A DNA stretch of 62,644 nt, counting the filler, from Choristocarpus tenellus KU-1152 (lineage: Eukaryota > Protista > Phaeophyceae), in assembly GCA_964200185.2 (NCBI GenBank). It is 11 parts of 11 records of this genome, joined end to end, with 100 filler letters (N's around TTAATTAATTAA, not from the genome) between each part and the next. Parts side by side here need not be neighbours in the genome. Positions count along the whole stretch, not along the records: positions 13,236 to 24,891 come from CAXNAD020002203.1; 10 more parts are not named here. One strand, written 5' to 3'. Of this stretch, positions 13,454 through 24,991 are shown one piece after another (positions within the stretch are counted from its first letter, which is position 1; the number at the start of each line of letters is the position of its first letter). The notes below the pieces were generated by a model, which saw nothing but the letters and a program-made list of their open reading frames with translations, was not told the origin of the DNA and ran no database searches. The position numbers and the translations under genes were made by a program.

Positions 13454-16246
13454 ACAAGAGCAACATGGGCCGTTGAACTGTAGTGCGCCCTCCATAGATT
13501 TGCTCCAATTCGAGCCAGGCAGCCCTCCCATCGGGGCTGCTGTTATTCTCATGGGAGCTGACCACCATCGCTGCAGCCCTCTTTGTGGCCTGCCCAGCAG
13601 GAACCACAAGGCCTCGCGATGCCCTCCGTAAATTTGCTCCAATTCGAGCCAGGCAGCCCTCCCAGGGGGGCTGCAGCGATGGTGGTCAGCTCTCATGATA
13701 ATAACAGCAGCCCTGATGGGAGGGCTACCTGGCTCGAATTGGAGCAAATTTATGGAGGGCGCGCTACAGTTCGACGGTCCATGCAGCTCATTGCTCTTGA
13801 AATGAAGCTGCGAGATATGTGCTGCTCGTCAGTGGAGGACACTGCAGATTTCATCCTTCGTCTCGATCATATCTGGACAAGAGTACGAGCAGCTAGAGGC
13901 AGCCAAGATCGTGCCAAGAAAGGAGCTCTGATCATAGGCATCAGGGACAGCATGCCGCAGGTACTTGCGCAGATGTGTCCGTGTGGAGGACGAGATCCCC
14001 ATGCAGCTCAACAAAGGACTCACGGAGGACGAGATGCCCGTGCAGCTCATCACAAGACCCGATATAAGCTACAGGAAGCTGAAACGGGCAATAGTATAAT
14101 CATCGGCATGGGATATAGTACAATCAATAACGAGCAAGAACTGGAATTCTAGGAGGAGGAGCAGTCGTCACAGCACTTGTCCCTGAAGGGGGGCTAAGGA
14201 GGGATCGCATATGGTATCGACTACAATTCCTCCCCGAACCGAATCTCGAGAGGTGGAAGACATCAGTTCAAGACTGGAAAGGTTGGAAGGCTTCATCAGG
14301 AGCTCTTATTTCGGTGACAGAACATTACCCCTTGTGACTGTCTTCCCTTGTGTTTATTGTCATTCCGATTTATTTATTTTTTAGTTTGTCCCCCATCTGT
14401 TGTGTATTTTGGTGCATACTCACAGTAGTCAAGTGACAGCTGTGATGTTGTATGCAGACTGACTTTAGGTAGAAGAGCTATTAAAGTCAGGGAGAGGTTT
14501 TTTCCTCATTTTTGTGTGTATGGTATTTCAGTGATAAGTCAATTGTTTAGTACTTCTCTTTTCCAAGGATTCACTTTAGGCGTGACACTAGGGATATTTC
14601 ATGGATCGCGGGAGACGCATTTTGGTATGGCTAAGGACCCACAGTAGGAAACACCCCAGGATGTGTTCGTAGATATTGTGATAAGATAGGTAGGAAGTGA
14701 CAGTTCCACCATACTACTGTGTTCCAGTGACCTGTAGAAGATGCTGGATGTATTGCTAAGGACCCTGCCATTTCATGGATTGTGGGAGACGCAATGTGAC
14801 ATCGCTAAGGACTTGAAGGAGAAAGTACCCCATAATATTTCCAATGGAGACTTCAACAGGACAGACGTTTAGAATTGATGACTGAATTTTTGTACCTTCA
14901 CAGACCCAATGTCAGCATTGATATTAGGGTATATTTATTGCATTTTTTTTAGAGAGTTAGCAGAAGTTTGTTTCTTTCTCCAATTTTGAGAGAAGTAGAA
15001 TCTCAGGGTGTATAGAGTCTGCGCAGCGAGGAAGAGTGTTCATAGATAGTGCTGCTGATACACGTAGGCACCACCGATAGATTAGAAAATAAGATGGAGC
15101 AATAATGGTTGAAAGGAACATTCATAGAGAGAGAGGTTTTGACATGGGGAAGAAATCCTGTCAAGACCTAAGTCTTAATTTAAGACAAAGTCAACAGCTG
15201 AGGGGACCATTGAACAGTTCAAGGCCAGGTTGGTGGCACAGGACTTCACTCAACAAGAGGATGTACAAGACATTCAATTATGATAGGCTTCAATTCAAGC
15301 CTGGGGGCATGAGTGCTACGTCAACAAGAGAAACAATGGACAATAGGGGCTTGGTCAGGTATGGAGACTCAGACTGGAGGCAATGACACTACATCAAGGC
15401 GGGGCACGACAGGGCGTCACTATATGTCACTATATGTCACTATACTGGCACATGTGGATCCCAAAGGAAGACAAGCTGGTGACCTCAGCACAGGTGACTT
15501 TCCAGCTTAAAGCCAAACTGCTGGAGCTAGTGGGAGAGCCAGAGCTGGACATACTGGGGGAGTCGGAGCCCGATGAAGACACAGACATGGATACAAGAGA
15601 CGAAAAAGAGGCTTTCACGACAGGGAGTGAGGCAGACATGACTGGGGGTGAGAGCCAAAATATTGGGCGTGGGTCTCAAGATGCAAAGCATCCAGCATCC
15701 CCCCAGAGTCAAGAAATTCCCAGGATGGGACAACGCCAGCGCATGGATAGGGCTGTGCAGATAGCAGCCAAGCGCCTGGTCCCACACTCTGGACAATGGA
15801 GATCTGTCAGGCTGGAGCAGCGCCGGCAGGTAGCCTATACATCTCTGTGTAACCAGGAAGAGGATGAAGAAATGGAAACGAACCACTTCGTATCAACCCT
15901 TATACAGCACGACGACAACGATGCATGCTGCTTTATGGGTCTCATGGGGGAAGTGGGAACAGATACAGACGAACCAACTACAACCAAGGCGGCCTTGAAT
16001 GGGCCAGATGCAGATCAGTGGCAGGAGGCCATGGAGAAGGAAATGACAGGGTTATGGAAGAAGGGGACTTCTGGCATTAAGTATATTTCAACACACAAGC
16101 AATTGGCAGACGTGTTATCCAATTCTTCACGGAGACATGTTAACCAAGTCTTCACGGAAGAGTTTTATTTATGATTTTGTACATTCTGTGCTTTCACGTT
16201 GAGAGTGAGCTTTAGTCAGCAATTTTGCTGCACGCTCATGGGGGAG

Positions 16247-16368
16247 TGTGTAACATAGGCTAGGTAGTCTATACGGTCTTATGTGTTTAGTGACCAGTAC
16301 TATACAACACAAGTGTTGAATGAGTGGAGTAAGTATTAGCAGCTTGTTTCCGTGTGTTTAAAGTAACA
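16247..16368 (+). repeat. 122-bp Copia 3' LTR
   Basis: Begins with TG immediately after the polypurine tract and ends with CA. Confidence 0.85.
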
Positions 16369-17073
16369 GGTTCGAGTCTCCATAGATTTATTTCTTACTT
16401 CTATTTAATGTAAGTGGCTGACGTAGTGCGACTCACACAGACACGTTCTGACGTGTCTACTAATGTGCACAACAGGCAATAAGAGAAAGATAGAGCACTG
16501 AGGGCAATAGATAACGAGGCAGAGCCCCCCCCCACCACGAGGGATGTGCTTACTCCGCTAATAAATGCATCCATACAACATAATGAAAAGACTATTGGAA
16601 TAGCTCTCTTTTGCATACCTTCCGTGACTCATTTGAGTACAGGGAAATGAGTATAGCCTAAAAATCGGGTTTGTGCCAATTTTGAGGATAAACCGGAGAT
16701 ACCCGCCAACCAGATATGGGTGGATAATGTTACTTTTACAGGTTTTCCTATTATATTCAATTGCCTTATCATCGTTTTTTCCCCCCCTCACACATCCACA
16801 AAATTTTAGAGGGCAAAAAAAAACATACGCTGGAGTAGTAAGGATTTTAACGCGCAATACAACTACGAGATGTCTACAAAACCTGTGCACGCCTTCCCCA
16901 CAGCCTTCCTTGCAGTGCACGGATACTTCTCCTTAAAGTGTATCTATCACTGCTAAACACCTGCAGTATGTCCTCTCAAGACTTACACAAGTCTATCTCT
17001 TTTGCATGATACATCCTTGCAACACGTATAGGACCTCCCCTGAGCAGTTGCTCTGGTGTCTGTACCTACTTGA

Positions 17074-17333
17074 GAGTTAGATTATCTTAGAGGGTACAAG
17101 TTTTGCCCCATTTGTCCATTTGGGTTTTGGATTCCCACGGGTTTTTATGACATTTTTCTACTTGGAAATGTTATTTCGGAGTAGGTAAAACGTGTATGTT
17201 ATGAAAAAGTGGTCCGGAACAAGGGATATTGACGCTTCCTAACAAACACGATAGCCAAAATTACATCCAAATTGCAACATTGGATTTTGGTCCCCAAACG
17301 GACACAGCTCTACCCTCTAAAATACTTTGACTG
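17074..17333 (+). mobile_element. MITE family A copy 1
   Basis: TIR ...TATCTTAGAGGGTA / TACCCTCTAAAATACTTTGAC with conserved interior (CCTAACAAACACGATAGCCAAAATTACATC). Confidence 0.85.
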
Positions 17334-18049
17334 AAACAATTAAATTATTGCATTCTCAGACTTTCCAATGGAGAACATCAAAGAATTGTGCACCTGAGCA
17401 AAAATAATAAGAAAATGAGGACAAGCGCACGTTCTCGTTCACGATTTTCGATATTTCTGCATTTTGATGTTCTTGGTCGAAGTTTGCGAAAATGGAACTA
17501 AACCACTGTGGCTTAATGACAGTACAGTCCATCAAGAATATGCTTTTTTTTCGAGTCCAAAAGAAAATTCTGTAACAATCTGGTGATGAAAGAGACCATG
17601 TTTGTGTTCTGAAGAATAGAAGATTGGTAAGGGTATAAATGAACTAGAATATGGAAGAGTTCAGGAATAGGAAATATTATAGCAAGTAATATTTGATTAG
17701 TGATCCACAGAATAGGATTGATTTGGTGGCAAGGATCCCCTCTTGTTCTTGAAGGCTCACTTCTCCTTTTTGCTTCCTCACTTCATGTACAACCTGTCCC
17801 ACCCAACAATAATTAATCAAGTCATTTATATTCAGAAGTCTTTGTAGTATCAGCTTATTTTAATACATTTCACAGGAACAAAAAGAGATGATTCAAAGAT
17901 ATGCCTCCGCTTCTATCAGAAGTAGTCCCCTTCACTCTTTCAACGCCCATGACAATACTCCATGCTATAGTAGTCATGTGTCCTTGAGTTCTTCAGCATC
18001 CTGGAGGTCAGTGTGCTCTTCTCGCCAATCTATCAAACTTCGGTCATAC

Positions 18050-18700
18050 TTCGATGCAGAAAGCTGTTTTCGCAGATGCATCTACTTGACCAGATAACAT
18101 TTCTGTTCTTTTCTTAGAAGTCTTTGAAATTCGTTCACCTTCTAATTCCCCCCGACCTGGCTTCTCCACACACCTCATTGAGGATCTTCTCATATGCATG
18201 AAGCAAGTCCTCATTTTGGAGGAAGATCTGCCGTTCTGCAGCTGTGTTAATGGTATTGTAAATAAACTCATGCTCCGAAATCACATGTTTGACTTGAGTC
18301 GTCACACAATTGATTCTCTTGGAAGGAGTCATCTTTGAAGGAGTCAGAAATACCCCTGCACCGTCTTCTTTCACTTTCACTGGTACCATCGCCCTCACAT
18401 ACTAGATTCACATTATCAGAAGACGCGACCTTGGACTATATGGATATCTGGTTCGCGCGAAGTGCTCCGTGTAGATGACTGAAGTCTTGTATCGAAGGGG
18501 TGACCTAGTGCACTGGAGCACCAGTGGAATTCAATGCAATGCATCTTGTGACATTCTCTGTGAAGAGGCCAATTGAACACTGTGAAACACAGCACTATTA
18601 GGTGCTGTCGTCTAGGATAGAGATGCATGCTCTGACTAGAGGCTTGCGGGTGTGTTAAGTCCGAATGTATCCCATCAAGTTGTGTGTCGAAGTGCACTTT
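18050..18700 (-). pseudogene. Degraded coding fragment, possibly the C-terminus of a MULE/SWIM-type transposase
   Basis: Frameshifted ORFs. LYPRRQHLIVLCF resembles the SWIM PCxH tail only weakly. Confidence 0.2.
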
Positions 18701-19785
18701 TATAGCAAAGTGAATTCAAAGTCAGAAGAGGGGGCAACGCTTTCCAATAAAAATAAAATGAGTTACCAGATATTGATCTATGAGAAAGAGGTAACAGAGA
18801 CTCAAGTCTAATTCTTACTCAACTCATATGAGTCAAGGACTGACTGAGTCTCTAAAATGAAGAACTTCTACCAAATGTGTCAGACTTTAAACCATGCAAC
18901 GTTCAATGGTAAGTCATAATCAAGTACCGCACAGGGCATCATGCTTGCAATGTGGAAACTTAGTAAATATAGTCAAATAGTAAATAAATTGAAAAAAAGT
19001 ATCTTTGCATTTACGATAGCTGTTTCTCTTTTTGAGGTTGTTTTGACATTTGAACAGTTTTTCATTGGTTTTTCCCCTGACACATCTGCAAAATGTCAGA
19101 GGGCACAATAATATAATATCTACAAATCGTGGAAGAAGCCTATGCACTGTAACAATGTAGAGTGCAACGGTACATTGTCATCACGCACCATTCACATCAG
19201 AATAATGTGATATCAGAGGGCATAATAATATAATTTCGAGTGGACAGGCGGAACTGTCGACAGTAGTTGATGGTAGTTGATGGTACTAAACTGTGTGTAG
19301 GAATGGTGGAAGAAGTAGCCTATGTTTCATCATGGAACAACACTCAAGATTCTGTATCAATATCCACTTCCTAATTCTCATCAGTAGCACCACATTGTTC
19401 TTTCTCAGTAAGAGAGTAATGCCATCAAAAATTGGTAGGATCAGTAAGTTTCATTGAGCACTATTTACAAAATGTTGGTGTCTGGACTATGTGGAGAGTA
19501 GAGGATCACACCAAGTGTCTACTTCGATCTGCAGTAAGGATCAACTTCATATAGACTACCTGACGACACCATGCTTTCACCCTTGTCCCATGAGTGCAGG
19601 AGGATATTGTGTGTCAAAGAACCCCCTAAAAGAGCTAGGTAATAAGTAATATCAATAACAATCGTATAACTGTAAAATGTAAACTGTACATGTGGACTGC
19701 TCTCGAGTACTCTAGGGCATCAAATCAACCACGAAGAACACAATATGTCTTAGCCACTCACAACAGCATTTGCAAACAAAAAACT

Positions 19786-22700
19786 TCATGCAAATGGTTC
19801 TGCCTCATTCAAGTCATTCCATCCCTTGTATGAAGAGGGAAGCCGTGTTGCTGGGTCTACTCCTGGTTGTTCCTGTAGCAAAGTGACCAGTTGTGTCATC
19901 ACTACCTCGCTGGAAGTTGTTACAGGTAAGCCCAGGAGGTCTCGCACAGCACGCAAAAGTGTCTGTACCTCACTCAAAAACCTATGTACCTGCCATGGGC
20001 ACAATATATAATGTACAGAGAGAGCAAAGGAAAGTAGGATAGTCAACACATGCACTTGTGTCCCCATGTTATGTGGAGGTACAATATTTGAACTGCAGTA
20101 CATACTCCAATTGAACGTACTAATGTAGTGTACAATCTAGAATTCTGGATGCAACCCCTTCAAAAGAGCTTACTACTACATAGTACATCTCACTACATGT
20201 GTTTAATACATTCAATTCAAAAACACACAGGTCTGTGGTTATGGGCCCTCCAATCTGTGCCTCACACTGCCAGAAGTATTGCAAATAGATAAGTAGAGTT
20301 ATTAATGTGTGTATGTTTGTTAAGGTTACACTTACCAAACCAAGTACTTTATGAAAAATGTACCATGGGGAGAGGGATGGGTACACAGTAAAATGTATGT
20401 CTTTAGCTCATTACTACAAGTTCTGAAAACATAAGAATGATGTATCACAGGCAACTGTATACAGATGGTGGGGGGTAAAGCACTTCATAGTACACCATAG
20501 TTGCCTCAATACTTGACTTCTTCAAATACTTTCAATGATGTCAAAATAATCTCAAGGACACCATAAGCACAGGGTAGCTGTGGTGCATGACTCAGGCCTT
20601 ACATATCCCTACTGCCATTCAAGATCATAAGGCATCAACCATTGGAATTGATGCTCCAAGCTACATAAGAAAGCACCAAAGCAAGTATCACCTGCACCAC
20701 ACTCTGCTGACATTGGCTCAATACTGACATAGTGGATGTACACAATTAACTCAATAATGTGGTACCATTCTAGTCACACACACACCTCATTAATCTTGGG
20801 GATGCAGCCCACCACAGATTTGACATCAAACATGTGCTGAACATGATGAACCACTCTATTTATCAGCAGGTCGGGGTCATCCTGAGAAAGATGGGGACAA
20901 CACAAGACGGATGAGAAGTCAAAACTGTAAATTTTATGTATTGTACTTGATAGTAATTGCTACCATTCCACCTCACATCTTCAATATCGGTAAGAGTCAC
21001 TACAACAGAGGTGACTGCCTCCAGGCAATGCATTACAATCCCTCAAATATCAAGCAGTTGTGCCTGTGCTCCCAATTCACGTGTTCTACGTGGTGTAGAA
21101 GGCGAGTGTGCTGCTATTGTTACCATAAAATAATATCAATTCCTAAGACTAATAGAGAGTGCTCTGAAGTGGGAGTCAAGTCATATCATTGTGACCAACA
21201 CCTGAAGTAAGTGCATACCTTCAGGTGAATGATTTCAGGAGAAGAGGAGAAAGTGGGGGTGTTTAACACGTACAGTATGAGCTTCCTCAGGTACAACCTC
21301 CTCAAGTGCTATGTTTGTATTTTGTACTACAAAATACAAGTAGGTGTATAAGATCAACATAGGAAGGCAATGAGGTCTCCTGATTGGTGTACTGGCGTAA
21401 CACGGTATATATATATATAGTACTTATCATGATGGACAACCACAAATCGTGATGGGACGACAGCTCTTTCATGTAGTACAGTTGGTCAGTCTTTCCAACC
21501 TGTCATCACCTAACCTAGCAACCCTGACCGACCCGTCTACAAACAAAGTGTCATGAAAATCTTTCAATGGAGACTCCTAATTCTCCCCCAAACAACTGTG
21601 TCACACTCAGAACAATCATTGTCAATTCACCTTTATGCTCTGGTCCGCCTGGTGTACAAGGTGCTTGTCTCTCAGCACCCTTTGCTCTAGCTCCACCAAC
21701 TCCTTAAGTGCATTGAGAGCATCCCTGTCTTTGACAAAGTGAGGTGCCGTACCCACTTCATCCTTCCCCATGAGAAGGGAACCACCAGGAGGGTTGAGGT
21801 TGGGGTTGCCCATCATCTTAACTAGTATTTGAGATGATAGTGAACACAATCAATACTAAGAACAGAAACACAGGTGAAGGGTTTGTACTTCATAGTATTT
21901 GTCTCCCTTAGCAAATCCACTGACCTTACTTACCTCACTACAGTGTGGTACAGAGTAACCAGGTCGGGCCTCCAGCGTTCTCACCACAGATGTATGGAAA
22001 TTCTGTAGGAAGCATGGCATAAACACAATCATCAGCATGGTATGAACATGCAAAAAAAGATGAGAGGGTGTGCATATTGTACACCATGCCATGTGCATCT
22101 ATTAATGTGTGATAGTACGCCAATACTTGAATGTGAATTAAAACTATCAGCACAATAGCATTATGGAAGTATAGTATATTCAAGGTGACACAACAGGTGT
22201 TCCCTCCAATACTTCCAAGCACGCCTGCAAATGGACTCACACCACTTGGTGTAGTGAACCACATGTGGAAGGCAGAGACTAGCATCAGCACTGTTTAAAG
22301 CTGTGCAGTACAGAAGCCATGAAGAACACCAATTCATCTCTGACCTTGTAATTCACACAAACACATGTTCAGATGTGAAGCATGGCAGAACACATGTTGT
22401 ATCAGTATCTTGTATCACTAACAATACCCAATCTGTGACCTACGAGTACCTTTAGTAGTACAGGCTCTTGAGCACACTCCAGCCACTGCTTTAGTAGAGG
22501 CATCACATCCTCCATTGCCTTGCCCATTCCATTGAGGTCCTCCAAGGAAGGCTCAACACCACCATACTTTACTCTTTGAATCTGTGGTGAGTGCTTGAAG
22601 ACAAAGGTGCAAACCCTATGAAAGAGTAAATACCCCCAGAGTGAGAAATGCAGTGCATACATTAACAATAATATATATAGTAATAGTCCACACAACACAG

Positions 22701-24402
22701 TAAGGCAACAATGCAATATAGTACTGAAGAAGCTTGGTCACAGGGAGGGCTTGGTTACATATTTTTTCTACATGAAGTATGTATGTTCCTCCAGTGGAAT
22801 AATTAGGATACTTTGTACAATGGTACTTGTAGGGCAAGGGTAATACACTACCTATAATTTTCCCTCATAAAGTTGAAGGGAGTGACTTGTAAGTCTCTTC
22901 ACCACTCCTGAAATGTTGAGAAGGGCAACACATAGACCTAGCAAGGAAAGGATGCTTTTCTGTACACTTTGCTATACATGTTGATGTTGCTATACATGTT
23001 GCTCTCTGTAATATATCCTCATAAATGCCTGTTGTGCATTTCAGTCAAATAACATTTTCTTTAATGTAGAACACACTTCTGTTGGGCACTTCCTTGTAAA
23101 GGTAGGTAACAAATTATGTCACTATCAGAGTACATAACCCTAACCCTAACTCTGAACCGAACACAAGTGGCATCAAACATATTGTGTCTATTGTGTCCCT
23201 CATCCTGCCTCGAGAAAATAGACTATATTGACTATATAGATAACACCAAGAACAGGCGAGGTGTACACCTAAGAACAAACTACATGGGAACAACCACCAA
23301 GCTATCCCAACCAACAACCAACAACCAACTTCTGATGCCACAGGAATGGAGATATGATGCCTAAGAGACAATATCACTGAAACAAAATGAGATGGTCACA
23401 ACATCAAGGAACCAGAATTGACATCACACTGTATCACCAAGGCACAAGTTTCACTATAGGACTGTTTGGCTGATGGCCCACAGATCAAGGCAAGTAGCGC
23501 CACAGAGTCTGACTTCTTTCAAGTGTGAAACAACCAGGCTTCTGTGCAGAGGATTGGTGTTGTATGTAAATAAATTTCAGAGTTGGTAGCAGCTGTCCAG
23601 TATGCACAAGACAGTAACCCTTTTGAAGGGAGGGTGTGCACACATGCTTGTTGGTGGCCTTTGAAGGGAAGGAATGCAAAAGCCTTCAACAGGTCGTGCA
23701 TAATGTTCAACTGAGCGCCGACAAGTCACCTGTCAACTCTGGACTCTACATGTATAGATCCTCATCCATTCCTGCATGGTCAGAAGCATGTTATGCCCTG
23801 GCCTGACTCAAGTCCCAGTTGTGACATGCTACAAATAAGATGTGTGCTGTGGGTGTACAGCTAACCTGTACCCACAACTTGGTTTGGTGGTGCATCTCTA
23901 TCTTCATCCCACCCTGAACTGGAGTCAGGTCAATGCACAATATCCCTTGGTCAATCCAGCAATAAATGGGGATCTACACGAGGAGCTGCCAGAGGGGGTA
24001 GTCCACTTTAATCAGTGCAGATAGCACACTATCCTCTGACCTGATCAACACATTTAGATAAATAGCACCAGGGCACTGATTCTACACAAGACTTGAGCCT
24101 CAAGTGGGTAGCTAAGTATCTCAAAATCATTACACGCACCCACCTATCTCTCAATCAAGACCCCCTTCTCATGTAAGGACTCAAGTGCATGGACGATAAG
24201 TAAGGCTCCCATAATTGCACCCCCTTTCATGACAAAACACCAAGACACCATGCATGATCACACCAAACACCAACTTAACCTACCTGTTGACAAACCGTTC
24301 CAGCCTTGGTAGTACCTTAACCACCTTCACCAGCTTCACCACAGAAGGTCCAAGGAGAGATGCATCTGACAAAGACAGGCTGCGACACGCCTCTTGCAGA
24401 AT
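19786..24402 (-). CDS. CEP70: Centrosomal protein CEP70-like, 3' six exons
   Basis: In-phase GT-AG exons 24402-24284, 22615-22450, 22002-21934, 21816-21631, 20881-20786, 19989-19786 (stop). The C-terminus DPDLLINRVVHHVQHMFDVKSVVGCIPKINEVHRFLSEVQTLLRAVRDLLGL matches the conserved CEP70 motif V.HFQ.LFDV.S..GV.P.MNEV...L.E.......L..LL.L. Confidence 0.8.
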
Positions 24403-24991
24403 CTATCACCATGAATCAAAATAAATCAAAATACACCAATACAATAAATAGCACATTGGAGGACTGAGGACTGAGGACTGAGGACATAGGAGTCATGGAC
24501 ATAAATGGGCATGGCCTCCACAAGACAAGTGATAGCAAGCCATACAATACACACAGCACAGATCACAAACAAGCAACACATGGGTTTGATGAAATTGTGA
24601 CAGTGGCTACTGTGATGGGAAAATAAAACAAAATTGACAAAAATGCTAGGTGCTGGGGTTCTAGGTACAAGCACACATTAATAACTAGAATAGGGCATCC
24701 CTAACAATTACACTGCAGCAGTGCATTACTCTAAAAATTGCTATGAACACTAATGAAGAAAAGGGATGCCACCAACAACAGGATTGTCCACCACTTACCA
24801 GAATACTGCAGTGACTTTGTGGTACCTACATGCTTGATGTACCAAACAGGTACAGATACCAACTGAAAGGGTCAAAGTATCTTGGGGGGGGNNNNNNNNN
24901 NNNNNNNNNNNNNNNNNNNNNNNNNNNNNNNNNNNTTAATTAATTAANNNNNNNNNNNNNNNNNNNNNNNNNNNNNNNNNNNNNNNNNNNN

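Larger units (their letters stand above)
13332..16368 (+). mobile_element. Rearranged, internally deleted Ty1/Copia LTR retrotransposon
   Basis: gag-like ORF (DGRATWLELEQIYGG...LIALEMKL...DFILRLDHIW, ~13668-14150); RT fragment GTIEQFKARLVAQDFTQ (~15203-15260); RNase H YGDSDW (~15360); EPTTTKAALNGPDADQWQEAMEKEM and IKYISTHKQLADVL (15970-16120); PPT ATGGGGGAG followed by a TG...CA LTR. Confidence 0.85.

Noticed and set aside
16369-16382. GGTTCGAGTCTCCA resembling a tRNA T-arm/B-box
   Set aside because: No cloverleaf or A-box; the upstream sequence is the LTR.
24869-24891. Many contigs ending in CAAAGTATCT(T)GGGGG as a programmed breakage signal
   Set aside because: It is a MITE TIR followed by poly-G. 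Short-read assemblies break at such high-copy, homopolymer sites.
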